64,000 bases of DNA, taken from positions 1 to 64,000 of the forward strand of contig WJIQ01000136.1 of the NCBI GenBank assembly GCA_014730255.1, read 5' to 3'. A program made the position numbers and the translations under genes. Below the pieces are notes generated by a model. It ran no database searches. It was given only the letters and a program-made list of their open reading frames with translations, and was not told the DNA's origin. Below are positions 19,367-29,114 of the stretch, in pieces (within the stretch, counting starts at the first letter, position 1; each line of letters opens with the position of its first letter). This stretch comes from a bacterium. Lineage in GTDB: Bacteria; Krumholzibacteriota; Krumholzibacteriia; LZORAL124-64-63.

Positions 19367-19631
19367 GGCGGCCAAGGTACGTCGTGGTCGCGCCCGCGGC
19401 AATGGCCGACCGCCGCGGCGTCGCCTGTCCTCCGGTTGCGTCGTGATGGACGCTCAGGGACACTCGCGACCGAACGCCGGCAGCTCCGCGACCACCGCAA
19501 CCCAAAGCCCCACGGTCGGTTGCATCAGCGAGCGAGGACCGGCCCGGTTCCTGCATCGGCCTCCACCGACGAGGCGACGCGGCTCGCCGGAGCCGCCGGT
19601 TCCAGGCACGGACAACGCGAGGACGACGACC

Positions 19632-20309
19632 ATGAAGACCTTGACCGCCCTGTGGACGACCCTGCTGCTCGTGGCCGTGGCCACGACCGCCACCGGTGCC
19701 GGCGACGGCCTGCGCAACGCCGCCGAGCGCCGCGACGATCGCCAGGACCTGCGCCAGGACCGACACCAGCTGCGCGACGACCTGCGCGACGTGGCGCATC
19801 TCGAGCGTCTCATCGATCGCCACGCCCGAGCCGTCGCCACCGGCGACCAGCTGGCGCTCGCGGCCATCGATCGTGAGGTCGCCGCGATGCTGAATGCCGA
19901 GATCGGCGAGGCCAGGCGCGAGACCCGCGACGCCGGGCGGGAGCTGCGGCAGGGACGCCGCGAGGTCCGTTCGGACCGGCGGGAGATCCGTGACAATGCC
20001 CACACCGGCGCGTCCGCGCGCGAGCGCCGTGACGACCGGCACGATCTGCGCGACGACCGGCGCGACCGGCGCGATGACCGGCGCGACCGGGCGCGCGAGC
20101 AGGATCATCTCGAGAACTACCTCGCGATCCGCGACGACTGGGCCGCCCTGGACCGGACCGGTGACGCGGCGCGCAAGACCGACCTGCTGCGTGATCTGCT
20201 GGAGATCGCCCGCGCGGAGCTGCGCGGCGACCGCGTCGAGCTGCGGGAGGATCGCCGCGAGCTGCGCGAAGACCGGCGGGAGACCCGCGAGGACCGGCGC
20301 CAGCGCTGA
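19632..20309 (+). CDS. secreted low-complexity R/D/E-rich repeat protein (hypothetical)
   Basis: Start MKTLTALWTTLLLVAVATTATGA signal peptide inside ORF 19080..20309; body is alternating-charge helical repeats (RDDRRDRRDDRRDR; ELREDRR x3). Confidence 0.5.
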   Translation: MKTLTALWTTLLLVAVATTATGAGDGLRNAAERRDDRQDLRQDRHQLRDDLRDVAHLERLIDRHARAVATGDQLALAAIDREVAAMLNAEIGEARRETRDAGRELRQGRREVRSDRREIRDNAHTGASARERRDDRHDLRDDRRDRRDDRRDRAREQDHLENYLAIRDDWAALDRTGDAARKTDLLRDLLEIARAELRGDRVELREDRRELREDRRETREDRRQR

Positions 20310-20310
20310 G
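20248..20310 (+). repeat. three imperfect tandem 21-bp repeats encoding ELREDRR heptads at the 3' end of the R/D/E-rich gene
   Basis: gagctgcgggaggatcgccgc / gagctgcgcgaagaccggcgg / gagacccgcgaggaccggcgc. Confidence 0.5.
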
Positions 20311-20370
20311 CGAGGCCCATCGGCGACCCGGTGGCGCGCCTCGCCTCCGCGCGGCGCGTCACCAGGCTCG

Positions 20371-21921
20371 TCACGCGTCCAGCTCGGCCAGCACCAGCGC
20401 CGCCCCGTCGGCGATCTCGCGCACCAGGGCGCCCCGGCGCCCCAGGGACTCCGCCGCCGCCTCGCCCGCCAGTCCGTGCACCCAGCAGGCCAGCGTCGCC
20501 GCGTCCAGCGCCGACGCCCCCTGGGCCAGGAAGCTACCGATCATGCCGGTCAGGACGTCGCCGGTCCCCCCGCGCGCGAGCGTGTCGTCGCCGCTGGGGT
20601 TGACCACGACCGTGCCGTCGGGTGCGGCGACCAGGGTCGGCGACCCCTTGAGCACCAGGACGGCCTGCCAGCGCGCGGCCAGCTCGGCCGTCAGCTCGAA
20701 GCGCCGCTGGAGCACCTCGTCGGCCGTGGATCCGAGCAGGCGCGCCAGCTCGCCGGCATGGGGCGTGAGCACGACCTCGCCGGTGGCGAAGCGCGGGGTC
20801 TGCCCGAGCCTGGCGAAGGCCCCGAGCCCGTCGGCGTCGATCACCAGCGGCAGCTCGCACCGCTCGCAGAACCGGCAGACCCAGCCGTCGGTCTCGCGGT
20901 CGTTGCCCAGGCCCGGCCCGATGGCCACGGCATCCTTCTTCCAGAGCAGGTCGTCCATGTCCTGGACCATGATCCCGGCCAGGGTGCCCGACGCGGTGGT
21001 CGGCGACGTGCGCACGATCGCCTCCGGCAGCGCCACCCGCAGGGGCGTCTCCAGACCCTCCGGCACCAGCATGGTCAACAGGCCGAGACCGGTGCGCAGG
21101 GCGCCGAGGCCGCCGAGCTGCGCCGCGCCCGCATAGGCCCGCGAGCCGGCGATCAGCAGCAGGCAGCCGGCCTGGTACTTGTGCATGTCGCTGGGCCGCG
21201 CCGGCAGCAGGTCGCGGTAGTCGGCCACCGTCGGCACGATCCACGGCGGGGCATGCCGATCGATCACCTCGCGCGGGAAGCCGATGTCGACCACCTCGAT
21301 CCGGCCGGCATGGTCGCGGCCGGGCGGCAGCATGAGGCCGACCTTGGGCAGCCCCATGGTGATGGTCGCGTCGGCGACGATGGCGGCCGGGTCGGCCGAT
21401 CCGTCGTCGCCCGAGACGCCGGACGGCATGTCGACGGCGATCAACGGCGCGTCGAGCGCATTCATCGCCTCGAGCAGCGCCGGGTAAGGATCCCGCAAGG
21501 GAGGAGCGATGCCGGTGCCGAGGACCGCGTCGATCGCCAGGCCGCAGCCGGCGCCCAGCTCGGCCACCTGCGCGGCCCACCGGTCGCGATCGCCGGCGAC
21601 CAGGTGCACCTCGTCGGGCAGCCGATCGTGATTGGCCCGGGCGTCGTCCGAGAGATCCTCCGGCCCGGCCAGGCGGAGCACGCGCACCGGCCAGCCCGCC
21701 TCGGCCAGGACGCGCGCCATCACCAGCCCGTCGCCCCCGTTGTTGCCCTTGCCACAGACGATCAGCACCGGCGCGCGGTCGTCGAGCCAGCCGCCGGCAT
21801 CCAGCGCATCGCACGCGGCGCGTCCGGCGCGTTCCATGAGTTCGAGTCCGGGCGTGCCGGCCGCGATCGTGTCGCGGTCGATCGCCCCCATCTGGCGGGA
21901 CGTGACCAGGCGCAGGCTCAC
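20371..21921 (-). CDS. nnr: bifunctional NAD(P)H-hydrate epimerase / ADP-dependent NAD(P)HX dehydratase
   Basis: 517 aa from GTG (VSLRLVTSRQ) preceded by GGAGG; YjeF-N CGKGNNGGDG and YjeF-C GDVLTG / HG motifs; rest of 848-aa ORF is a read-through artefact. Confidence 0.85.
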   Translation of the reverse strand: MSLRLVTSRQMGAIDRDTIAAGTPGLELMERAGRAACDALDAGGWLDDRAPVLIVCGKGNNGGDGLVMARVLAEAGWPVRVLRLAGPEDLSDDARANHDRLPDEVHLVAGDRDRWAAQVAELGAGCGLAIDAVLGTGIAPPLRDPYPALLEAMNALDAPLIAVDMPSGVSGDDGSADPAAIVADATITMGLPKVGLMLPPGRDHAGRIEVVDIGFPREVIDRHAPPWIVPTVADYRDLLPARPSDMHKYQAGCLLLIAGSRAYAGAAQLGGLGALRTGLGLLTMLVPEGLETPLRVALPEAIVRTSPTTASGTLAGIMVQDMDDLLWKKDAVAIGPGLGNDRETDGWVCRFCERCELPLVIDADGLGAFARLGQTPRFATGEVVLTPHAGELARLLGSTADEVLQRRFELTAELAARWQAVLVLKGSPTLVAAPDGTVVVNPSGDDTLARGGTGDVLTGMIGSFLAQGASALDAATLACWVHGLAGEAAAESLGRRGALVREIADGAALVLAELDA

Positions 21922-22655
21922 CGCGCACCTCCATTCAGCTCGTCGAGCACGTCGAGCAGTTGCGAGAGATCGTCGACGATGAACTCGGCGGTCTCGGCGT
22001 GCGGCACCTCGGCCGCGATGGCCGCCGGGTCCTTGTAGGGCGGCGACGCGTCCCCGTACCGGGCCCAGACCGTGTGGATGCCCAGATCGCGCGCGCCGGT
22101 GATGTCGCGCGACGGCCAGTCGCCGATCATCACCGCCTCGTCCGGGGAGACCGCGAGCTGCTCGAGCGCCATGCGGAACGGCGCCGGGTCGGGCTTGCGC
22201 GCGCCGGTGTCGTCGTGGGTGAAGACGTGGTCGAAGTGATGATGCAGGCCGAGCCGGCAGATGCGCAGCCAGACCTCGAACCGCGGCGCGTCGCTGACCA
22301 CGGCCATGCCGTAGCCGTCGCGCAGCAGCCGGTTCAGCACCATGGTCGCGTGCGGGTAGAGCACCAGGCTGCCGTCGCGCGCGCGTCGATAGGCGACCAC
22401 CGCGGCGGCGAGCATGCGGAAGTCGACGCCGCCGAGCTCCTGCTTCAGGAACCTGTCGAAGACCCGCTGGTACTCGATGCCCTCGTCCTGATAGATGCCG
22501 TAGATGCGCCGGTGGGCCTCGCGGGCGCTCAGCGGCAGGCCGCAGTCGATCATCGCGTCGATCGCCGCGAGGATCGCCTCGTCCTTGGCCCTCATGAAGT
22601 CGGTCAGCGTGTTGTCGAGATCGAAGATGACGGCCTTGATGGTGCGTTGGCCCAT
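21918..22655 (-). CDS. HAD-superfamily hydrolase (subfamily IA-like)
   Basis: Start MGQRTIKAVIFDLDNTL (DxDxT) with AAGGAG RBS; GDWPSRDITGARDLG motif IV; 4-bp overlap with nnr start. Confidence 0.8.
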   Translation of the reverse strand: MGQRTIKAVIFDLDNTLTDFMRAKDEAILAAIDAMIDCGLPLSAREAHRRIYGIYQDEGIEYQRVFDRFLKQELGGVDFRMLAAAVVAYRRARDGSLVLYPHATMVLNRLLRDGYGMAVVSDAPRFEVWLRICRLGLHHHFDHVFTHDDTGARKPDPAPFRMALEQLAVSPDEAVMIGDWPSRDITGARDLGIHTVWARYGDASPPYKDPAAIAAEVPHAETAEFIVDDLSQLLDVLDELNGGAR

Positions 22656-22730
22656 GCGGTCTCCTTGCTTGCCGGCACGGTCGACCTCGCATACTAATGG
22701 ACGACCGCCCCCGGCGTACAGGAGGAAGCC

Positions 22731-23522
22731 GTGCCCCCGCCACCGGAAACGCCGCAGCGCCCCACGCTCTGGGAGGCCTGGTCTGCCTGGCAGCTGATGG
22801 TCTACGCCCTGCTCCTGCTCGGCGCCAACGTGTTCTGGCAGGCGGTCGTCTTCCAGCTGACCGGCACGGTGTTCCTGCCCGTGGCCGTGGCGGGTCTGCT
22901 GGCCATCGTGCTGCCATTGACCGGGGCGGCCTGGTGGCACGGCCAGTCCCTCGGCGCGGCGTTCGACCTGCGGCTCGACGCCGGCGTGGTCATCATCGGG
23001 ATCGGCGCCGGCCTGCTCGCCTGGCTGCCGGCGAGCACGCTGGCCGGCCTGTCGTCCGAGCTGCGGCCACCGGACGATTCGTACTTCGAGTTCCTGCGCG
23101 AACACCTGCCCACCGACCTGCCCGGGACGCTGGTCGCCTTCGGCGCGGCGGGCGTGGTCGCGCCCTTCGCCGAGGAGCTGCTGTTCCGCGGTCTGCTCTA
23201 CCGCACCGCGCGCACGCGCTGGGGTCCGGTCGGCGCGGCCTTCCTGACGTCGCTCTTCTTCGGCATCGTCCACTGGGAGCCGTGGAGCCTGTTCGGGTTG
23301 ATCGCGGTCGGGCTGGTGATGTGCGCGCTCTACGAGCGGACGGGGTCGCTCGTGGCCCCGATGCTGGCCCATGCCGTCCACAACGTGATCTCGCTGGCGC
23401 TGATGCTGAAGTGGCGCGACGAGCTGGGCGCGGGCGACGCGGCCGGTCCGACCGCGTGGCTCGTGTCCGCAGCCTGCACGGCGGCGCTCGTCTGGCTGCT
23501 GCGGCGCCCTCGCGCACGCTGA
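22731..23522 (+). CDS. CPBP-family intramembrane glutamic endopeptidase (CAAX protease-like)
   Basis: EELLFRG, FGIVHW and HAVHN motifs; multi-TM; GTG start after GGAGGA. Confidence 0.8.
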   Translation: MPPPPETPQRPTLWEAWSAWQLMVYALLLLGANVFWQAVVFQLTGTVFLPVAVAGLLAIVLPLTGAAWWHGQSLGAAFDLRLDAGVVIIGIGAGLLAWLPASTLAGLSSELRPPDDSYFEFLREHLPTDLPGTLVAFGAAGVVAPFAEELLFRGLLYRTARTRWGPVGAAFLTSLFFGIVHWEPWSLFGLIAVGLVMCALYERTGSLVAPMLAHAVHNVISLALMLKWRDELGAGDAAGPTAWLVSAACTAALVWLLRRPRAR

Positions 23523-23550
23523 CGCCGTGCCGCCCGGCGAACGCTCCAGG

Positions 23551-23724
23551 CTAGTCGCCGACCCGTCCGAGGCTGATGTCCCCGTTGTCGATGCGAATCG
23601 TGTGCCCGCATCCGGGGTTGTGGCAGACCCAGGCCTTGTAGCGGATCGCGGCGCCGTCGCGCCCGTAGTCGCTGAGGGGCAGCATGAGCCCCTGGTTGCA
23701 TTTCAAGCAGGGAGGGTATTCCAT
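23551..23724 (-). CDS. small Cys4 zinc-ribbon protein (57 aa), hypothetical
   Basis: MEYPPCLKCNQG...AWVCHNPGCGH; start after GAGG RBS; longer 89-aa ORF-track version has a Gly/Pro-rich junk N-terminus. Confidence 0.4.
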   Translation of the reverse strand: MEYPPCLKCNQGLMLPLSDYGRDGAAIRYKAWVCHNPGCGHTIRIDNGDISLGRVGD

Positions 23725-23889
23725 CCTCACGCCTTTCCCGGTGGCCGGCGGCGGCCACCGCGCGGGCGCCGGGCGCCCGCCGCTTCCTCCACCCGGGGTC
23801 CCCGGACCCCGATCCGTCACCTCCCGGCGACATCCGACAGGGTAGGCGCACCCGATCCGACTCTCAACCGGATCGGGCGGTCACGCCCT

Positions 23890-24537
23890 CTACCCGCCCG
23901 AGCGCGCGTCCCGGACCATCGCCATGAGGCCCTCCTCCATCGCGCTTGCGGTGGCCTCCGGGCCGGTCAGCTTGAAGAACACGCTGCCCCGCGGCCCCTC
24001 GAGCACGACGCCGACGAGCCGGTATCCCGGCTTCGCCTCGCCGCCGTCACCGCCCATCGGACGCATCCCGCCGGCCTTGTACGAGCCGTCGAGCGCGACG
24101 GAGTGGCCGGTCATGCCGCCGACGTCGAACCGGTCGCGGACCGGCTCGGTGCCGTCCTCGATCTGACCGATCCAGCGCTGGAGGTTGGCCTCGACACCCC
24201 CGCCCGAGGCGGGCCCGAAGTAGAACACGTTGACCTCGGCCGCCTCCTCGTCGCCCGCGACCGGCGCGAGCCGGAACTGCGCCTGGCGCATGCCCTCCGG
24301 CCCGAGGTCCTCCCAGGACGCCGGGGGAGCGAAGGTGACGCCGGCGATGGTCATCTCGTCGGCGGTCGCGGTCGTCGGCGAGCCGGTCTGCCCGTTCTGG
24401 TCGTCGCTGGCGTCAGCTGCGGCCTCCCCGGATCCGGCCGCCTCGGACTCGCCGCCGCTGCAGGCGGCGACCAGCACGAGGCCGAGCGCGAGGACCAGGG
24501 AGGCGAGCAACCTCGCCGAAAAGTGTCGCGTTTCCAT
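23890..24537 (-). CDS. lipoprotein, hypothetical (last gene of MacA/FtsX operon)
   Basis: Signal peptide with lipobox LVAAC; acidic low-complexity linker then ~150-aa globular domain. Confidence 0.6.
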   Translation of the reverse strand: METRHFSARLLASLVLALGLVLVAACSGGESEAAGSGEAAADASDDQNGQTGSPTTATADEMTIAGVTFAPPASWEDLGPEGMRQAQFRLAPVAGDEEAAEVNVFYFGPASGGGVEANLQRWIGQIEDGTEPVRDRFDVGGMTGHSVALDGSYKAGGMRPMGGDGGEAKPGYRLVGVVLEGPRGSVFFKLTGPEATASAMEEGLMAMVRDARSGG

Positions 24538-24586
24538 GGCGGGACACGCTACTGCGGGAGGCCGACGGCGGCAAGCGCGACCGGGA

Positions 24587-25828
24587 TCACTCCGAACGCA
24601 GCGCCTCGACGGGATCGAGCCCCGCCGCCCGGTTGGCCGGGTAGACGCCGCAGACCACGCCGATGCCCGCCGAGACCACCACGGCGACGAGCGTCGTCAG
24701 CGGGTCGACGCGGAACGGGAAGGCGAGCACCTGCGTCATGGCGTAGGAGAGCACGTACCCCAGCACGATGCCCACGACCCCGCCCACGAGCGTCAACGAC
24801 CCCGCCTCGAGCAGCACCTGCAGGAGCACGTCCCGGCGTCGCGCCCCGAGCGCCATGCGCACGCCGATCTCCTTGGTGCGCTCGGTCACCGAGATCAGCA
24901 TGATGTTCATCACGCCGATGCCGCCGACCAGGAGCCCGATCGACGCGAGCACCGTCAGGACGATCGCGATGGCGCCGGTGATGCCGTCGACCATCTCGCC
25001 GTAGGTCTCGCTGGTGTTGATGTCGAAGTCGTCCGGTTCGCTCGGACGCAGCCGTCGGCCGGCGCGCAGGGCCCCGGTCAGGTCCGAGCGCACCTCCTCG
25101 AGCGAGTAGCCCGGCGCGACCGTGGCGGCGATGGAGCGGTCCTCCATGCCACGGTCCAGGAAGTCCTTCTCGTAGGTGGTCCACGGGACCACCACGTAGT
25201 TCTCGCCGAGCGAGCCCATGATGCTCTTGCGCTCGGCCATGGTGCCGATGATCCGGTACGGCCGGCCGCGGATGTTCAGCGTGCGACCGATGGGATCGAG
25301 GATGGGGAACAGGTCGCTGGCGGGGCCGTAGCCGAGCACGCAGACACGTTCGCGTGCCTGCAGCTCCTGACGGTTGAAGAACCGCCCCTCACCCACGTCG
25401 TAGCTGTACATGTAGGGGAAGTTCTCGCTCGCACCGAAGACCTGGACCGCGCCGGTGCGCTCCTTGTCGTACTTGAGCACCGTCGCGGTGTGGTTCTGGA
25501 CCATGTAGTCGACGCGCTCGACGCCCTCGACGTCGGCCACGAGCGGCAGCAGCTCCGGGTCGAGCTGGCGGCGGCGCAGCTTGGCGTCGACGTCCTCGCC
25601 GCCGAGGCCGGTGTAGCGCGCGACGTACAGGTACGGTCGGCTCGCCGAGACGATGTCCTGCCGGATCCGGTCGCTGAGGCCGCTGACGATGGTCACGATC
25701 GCCAGCAGCGTCGCCACGCCGATCGCCACGCCCAGGATCAGCAGCCAGCTGCGCAGACGGTGGCCACGGACGGTGTGCATCGCCTGTCGCAGGGCCTCGC
25801 GCGGGGAGACGTGCCCGCCTTCACTCAT
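24587..25828 (-). CDS. ABC-transporter permease, FtsX/MacB family (MacB periplasmic domain + FtsX 4-TM)
   Basis: 413 aa; N-terminal TM, large periplasmic domain, C-terminal FtsX block IGVMNIMLISVTERTKEIGVRMALGA; ATGA overlap with upstream permease. Confidence 0.85.
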   Translation of the reverse strand: MSEGGHVSPREALRQAMHTVRGHRLRSWLLILGVAIGVATLLAIVTIVSGLSDRIRQDIVSASRPYLYVARYTGLGGEDVDAKLRRRQLDPELLPLVADVEGVERVDYMVQNHTATVLKYDKERTGAVQVFGASENFPYMYSYDVGEGRFFNRQELQARERVCVLGYGPASDLFPILDPIGRTLNIRGRPYRIIGTMAERKSIMGSLGENYVVVPWTTYEKDFLDRGMEDRSIAATVAPGYSLEEVRSDLTGALRAGRRLRPSEPDDFDINTSETYGEMVDGITGAIAIVLTVLASIGLLVGGIGVMNIMLISVTERTKEIGVRMALGARRRDVLLQVLLEAGSLTLVGGVVGIVLGYVLSYAMTQVLAFPFRVDPLTTLVAVVVSAGIGVVCGVYPANRAAGLDPVEALRSE

Positions 25829-27056
25829 GACGCAGGGCCTCCACGGGATCGAGTCCAGCCGCCTTCCAGGCCGGCCAGGCGCCGAAGAACGCCCCGATGA
25901 GGAACGTCGTGCCCAGACCGAGGGCCACGCTCCACAGCGGGACGGCGAAGTTCAGGTCGCTGACCGCGCAGATCACCCAGGTGATCCCCGCGCCGGCCAG
26001 CACGCCGATCACGCCGCCGGTCAGCGACAGGGTGATCGCCTCGACCAGGAATTGCCAGGCGATGTTCCAGCGCGAGGCGCCCACCGCCTTGCGGACACCC
26101 ACCTCGCGCGTGCGCTCGGTGACCGAGACCAGCATCACGTTCATCAGCACGATGCCGCCGATCACCAGGCTGATCGCCACCAGGGGCACCATGGCGGCGT
26201 AGATGGCGCCGGCGACGCCCTTCCAGATCTGCAACAGCTGCTCGCTGGTGGCCAGGCCGAAGTCGTTGTCCTCGAGCGGGCGCAGGCGATGACGGATGCG
26301 CATGTGGAAGGTCGCCTCGTCCATGGCCTCCTCGAACCGCTCGAGGTCGCGCACGGCCACCTTGATGTCGATGGACTGGCGCGAGCCGAAGACCTTCTGC
26401 CAGGCGGTGATGGGCACGATCACGAACAGGTTGCGGTTGCCCCCCAGGACGGTGCCCAGGTCCTCGACGACCCCGACCACGGTGAAGTGACGCCCCCTCA
26501 GCCGGAACTCCTTGCCGATGGGATCGAGCGAGCGCGGGAACAGCTCGCGCGCGATGTCCCAGCCCAGGACCGCCACCTCGCGGCTGGCCGAGACGTCGGC
26601 CGGCGTCAGGTGACGGCCGAGCGCCAGGGGCAGGTCCTCGATGACCGCGTACTCGGCGGTCTTGCCCCGCACCTCGCAGCCGCGGTAGCTCGCACTGCCG
26701 GCCCGCAGGTCGGCGGTGGACTCGACGTGGGCGCCGACCGCGCGCGCGAGCTCCAGGCGCGGCGCGAGCCAGTCGCGGTCGGCGAGGGTCAGGTCGGGGT
26801 TGTTGAGCGACTCGAGGAAGAGGTCGAAGTCGGTGATGATCTCCCAGGGGTTGACCCGCATGATGGTGAAGACGTCGGTGCCCTCGTCGAGGACCTTCTG
26901 CCGCGCGTACTGGTCGGCGCCGTAGATCAGGCTGACGACCGCGATCACGCTCATGGTCCCGACGATGTTCCCGAGCAGGGTCAGGAACGTGCGCAGCTTG
27001 TGGCTGCGCAGGTTCTCCAGCGCGATGCGCACGCCGGTGACGCTCAGTCCCGGCAT
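25821..27056 (-). CDS. ABC-transporter permease, FtsX/MacB family (paralog)
   Basis: 411 aa from MPGLSVTGVRIALENLRSHKLRT; C-terminal LVIGGIVLMNVMLVSVTERTREVGVRKAVGA; real C-terminal part of ORF 25821..28331. Confidence 0.85.
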   Translation of the reverse strand: MPGLSVTGVRIALENLRSHKLRTFLTLLGNIVGTMSVIAVVSLIYGADQYARQKVLDEGTDVFTIMRVNPWEIITDFDLFLESLNNPDLTLADRDWLAPRLELARAVGAHVESTADLRAGSASYRGCEVRGKTAEYAVIEDLPLALGRHLTPADVSASREVAVLGWDIARELFPRSLDPIGKEFRLRGRHFTVVGVVEDLGTVLGGNRNLFVIVPITAWQKVFGSRQSIDIKVAVRDLERFEEAMDEATFHMRIRHRLRPLEDNDFGLATSEQLLQIWKGVAGAIYAAMVPLVAISLVIGGIVLMNVMLVSVTERTREVGVRKAVGASRWNIAWQFLVEAITLSLTGGVIGVLAGAGITWVICAVSDLNFAVPLWSVALGLGTTFLIGAFFGAWPAWKAAGLDPVEALRHE

Positions 27057-27058
27057 GA

Positions 27059-28339
27059 TCAGTCGTCGTCTCGATCGGGGGCGCGTTCGCGCACCGGCTC
27101 GCCGTCCTTCAGCTCGCGCAGCACGCGGAACGGGCCGCTGACCACCGACATGCCGTCCTCCAGGCCGGAGACGACCTCGAAGTGCTCCTCGCCGGCGATG
27201 CCCAGCTCGACGGGCACGAACTTCGCGAACCCGTCGCGGACGACGAACACGCCCTCGCGTTCCTCGCGCTCGACGTCCTCGGGCTCGGCCTCGGCGGAGA
27301 AGCCGAGGTCGGCGAGCGCCTCCTCGCGGTCCCGGGCCTGGCCACCGTCGAGGTCGGCGATCGCGTCCTCGGCGAGCGGCCAGTCGCGGGCAGTGACCGC
27401 ACCGAGCGGCACGGCGATCGCGCCCGTGCGCTCGGCGACGGTGATGCTGGCCTTGGCGGTCAGGCCGGGCCGGACGATGTCCGGCGCGCGGTCGAGCAGG
27501 ACCTTGACCTCGAAGTCGACGGCCTGCTGGGTGCCGCCCGAACGGATCGGGCTGTTGCCGATCTCGGAGACGCGGCCGGGGAACTCGTCGTCCGGGAAGG
27601 CGTCGATCTCGATGGTGGCCGGCTGGCCGAGGCGCACCTTCACGGCCTCGGTCTCGTCGACCTCGACGACGGCCTCGAGGGTGCCCATGTCCGCGATGGA
27701 GAGCAGCACCGTGCCCGGGTTGTTCAGCGTGCCCATGATGGCGTTCTCGCCCTCCTCGACGTTCAGGCGCGTGACGAGGCCGGTCATGGGCGCGGAGATC
27801 GTCACCTTGCCCAGATCGTGGCGGGCCTTGGCGAGATTCGCCTCGGTCTGCTCGAGACGGTGACGCGCGGACTCGACCCGCGCCTCCTCGACCCGCAGGC
27901 TGGTGCGCGCGGCGATCAGCTGCTCCTCGCTCGACAGCCCCTCGCGGTAGAGCTCGGCCTGCCGCTGATGGTCCTGGCGCGCCTTCTCGAGCGACGCCTC
28001 GGCCAGGCGCAGGTCCGCGCGGCCGGTGCGCACGCCCGCCTCCAGGGCGGCCACCGCCGCCCGGTACTCGGTGGGATCGATCTCCAGCAGCAGGTCGCCC
28101 CTCTCGACGGTCTGCCCCTCCTCGACGGCGAGGTGGGTGATGGTCCCGATCACGTTGGCCGAGACGTCGACCTGGCGCTGGGGCTGGATCGTGCCGGAGG
28201 CCGAGACGATGGCCTCGAGGTCGAGCCGCTCGACCTCGGCGACGTCGACGCGGGTCCTCGTGTCGCGCCGTGTGATGCTGACCACGACCAGCACGACGAT
28301 CACCACCAGCACGAGGGCGATGGGCAACCACTTCTTCAC
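27059..28339 (-). CDS. HlyD/MacA-family periplasmic adaptor (membrane fusion protein)
   Basis: 426 aa; N-terminal TM anchor, coiled-coil hairpin, lipoyl and beta-barrel domains (APMTGLVT..., GQPATIEIDAFPD). Confidence 0.85.
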   Translation of the reverse strand: MKKWLPIALVLVVIVVLVVVSITRRDTRTRVDVAEVERLDLEAIVSASGTIQPQRQVDVSANVIGTITHLAVEEGQTVERGDLLLEIDPTEYRAAVAALEAGVRTGRADLRLAEASLEKARQDHQRQAELYREGLSSEEQLIAARTSLRVEEARVESARHRLEQTEANLAKARHDLGKVTISAPMTGLVTRLNVEEGENAIMGTLNNPGTVLLSIADMGTLEAVVEVDETEAVKVRLGQPATIEIDAFPDDEFPGRVSEIGNSPIRSGGTQQAVDFEVKVLLDRAPDIVRPGLTAKASITVAERTGAIAVPLGAVTARDWPLAEDAIADLDGGQARDREEALADLGFSAEAEPEDVEREEREGVFVVRDGFAKFVPVELGIAGEEHFEVVSGLEDGMSVVSGPFRVLRELKDGEPVRERAPDRDDD

Positions 28340-28355
28340 GTCACACCTCCGGCGC

Positions 28356-29114
28356 CTAGGCGCCCGACACGGCCTGTCCGACCAGGGTGAACCCCACGAG
28401 GATGGCCGACAGCAGCAGGTAGGTCGCCACGACCACCGTGGTCGCGCGACCGAACGTCATGCGGTGGGCGATGGCCATGCCGATCGCCACGACCCCGATC
28501 ATCCACCAGACGAACGGGTCGCCGAACATGCTGGCCAGCACGTAGGTCACCGAGCCGGGGTCCGGGTCCGGGAGCAGCGAGGCCACCGTCAGTCCGGCCG
28601 CATGGACCGAGCCGGTGGCCAGCAGGATCACCCAGGAGATGATCGGTTTCAGTCCGTAGGCGATCAGCCCGGCCCAGAACACGACCCCGACCGACTGGCC
28701 CAGGCGCCCCTCCCCCTCGGAGAGCTTGAGGAACATGTGCGTGATCAGCGCGAAGACCAGACCGCCGAGGATCGTCACGCCGAAGCCGGCGCCGAGTCCG
28801 GAGAGGATCCGCAGCCAGATCGGCGGGTCGCGGAACAGCTCGAGCTGCTCCTCGAGCATCTCCACCTGGCCGGCGGGTGCGTTCTCGAGCTGCATCTCCG
28901 TCTGCGCGGGCATCAGGAGGTGCGCGTTGAGGGCGGTGTACAGGAACATGACCACGAATACCAGCAACGCGGGCGCCCACCACATCGGACGCTCCGCCGT
29001 GGCGGTCATCGCCCGCACCGGGGCGACGATCACGTCGCTGATGCGTTCGCCCAGGGTCGGCGATCCGGCCGGCGACGTCGGGGTGGACTCGGTGGCGGGA
29101 TCGAACTCATTCAT
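28356..29114 (-). CDS. Yip1-like 5-TM membrane protein, hypothetical
   Basis: 252 aa; cytoplasmic N-terminus then five predicted TM helices; family assignment tentative. Confidence 0.5.
   Translation of the reverse strand: MNEFDPATESTPTSPAGSPTLGERISDVIVAPVRAMTATAERPMWWAPALLVFVVMFLYTALNAHLLMPAQTEMQLENAPAGQVEMLEEQLELFRDPPIWLRILSGLGAGFGVTILGGLVFALITHMFLKLSEGEGRLGQSVGVVFWAGLIAYGLKPIISWVILLATGSVHAAGLTVASLLPDPDPGSVTYVLASMFGDPFVWWMIGVVAIGMAIAHRMTFGRATTVVVATYLLLSAILVGFTLVGQAVSGA

Noticed and set aside
20371-22917. 848-aa ORF as a single protein
   Set aside because: The C-terminal 517 aa is Nnr starting at a GTG with a GGAGG RBS. The HAD hydrolase upstream is in a different frame (21918..22655) and the rest is non-coding read-through.
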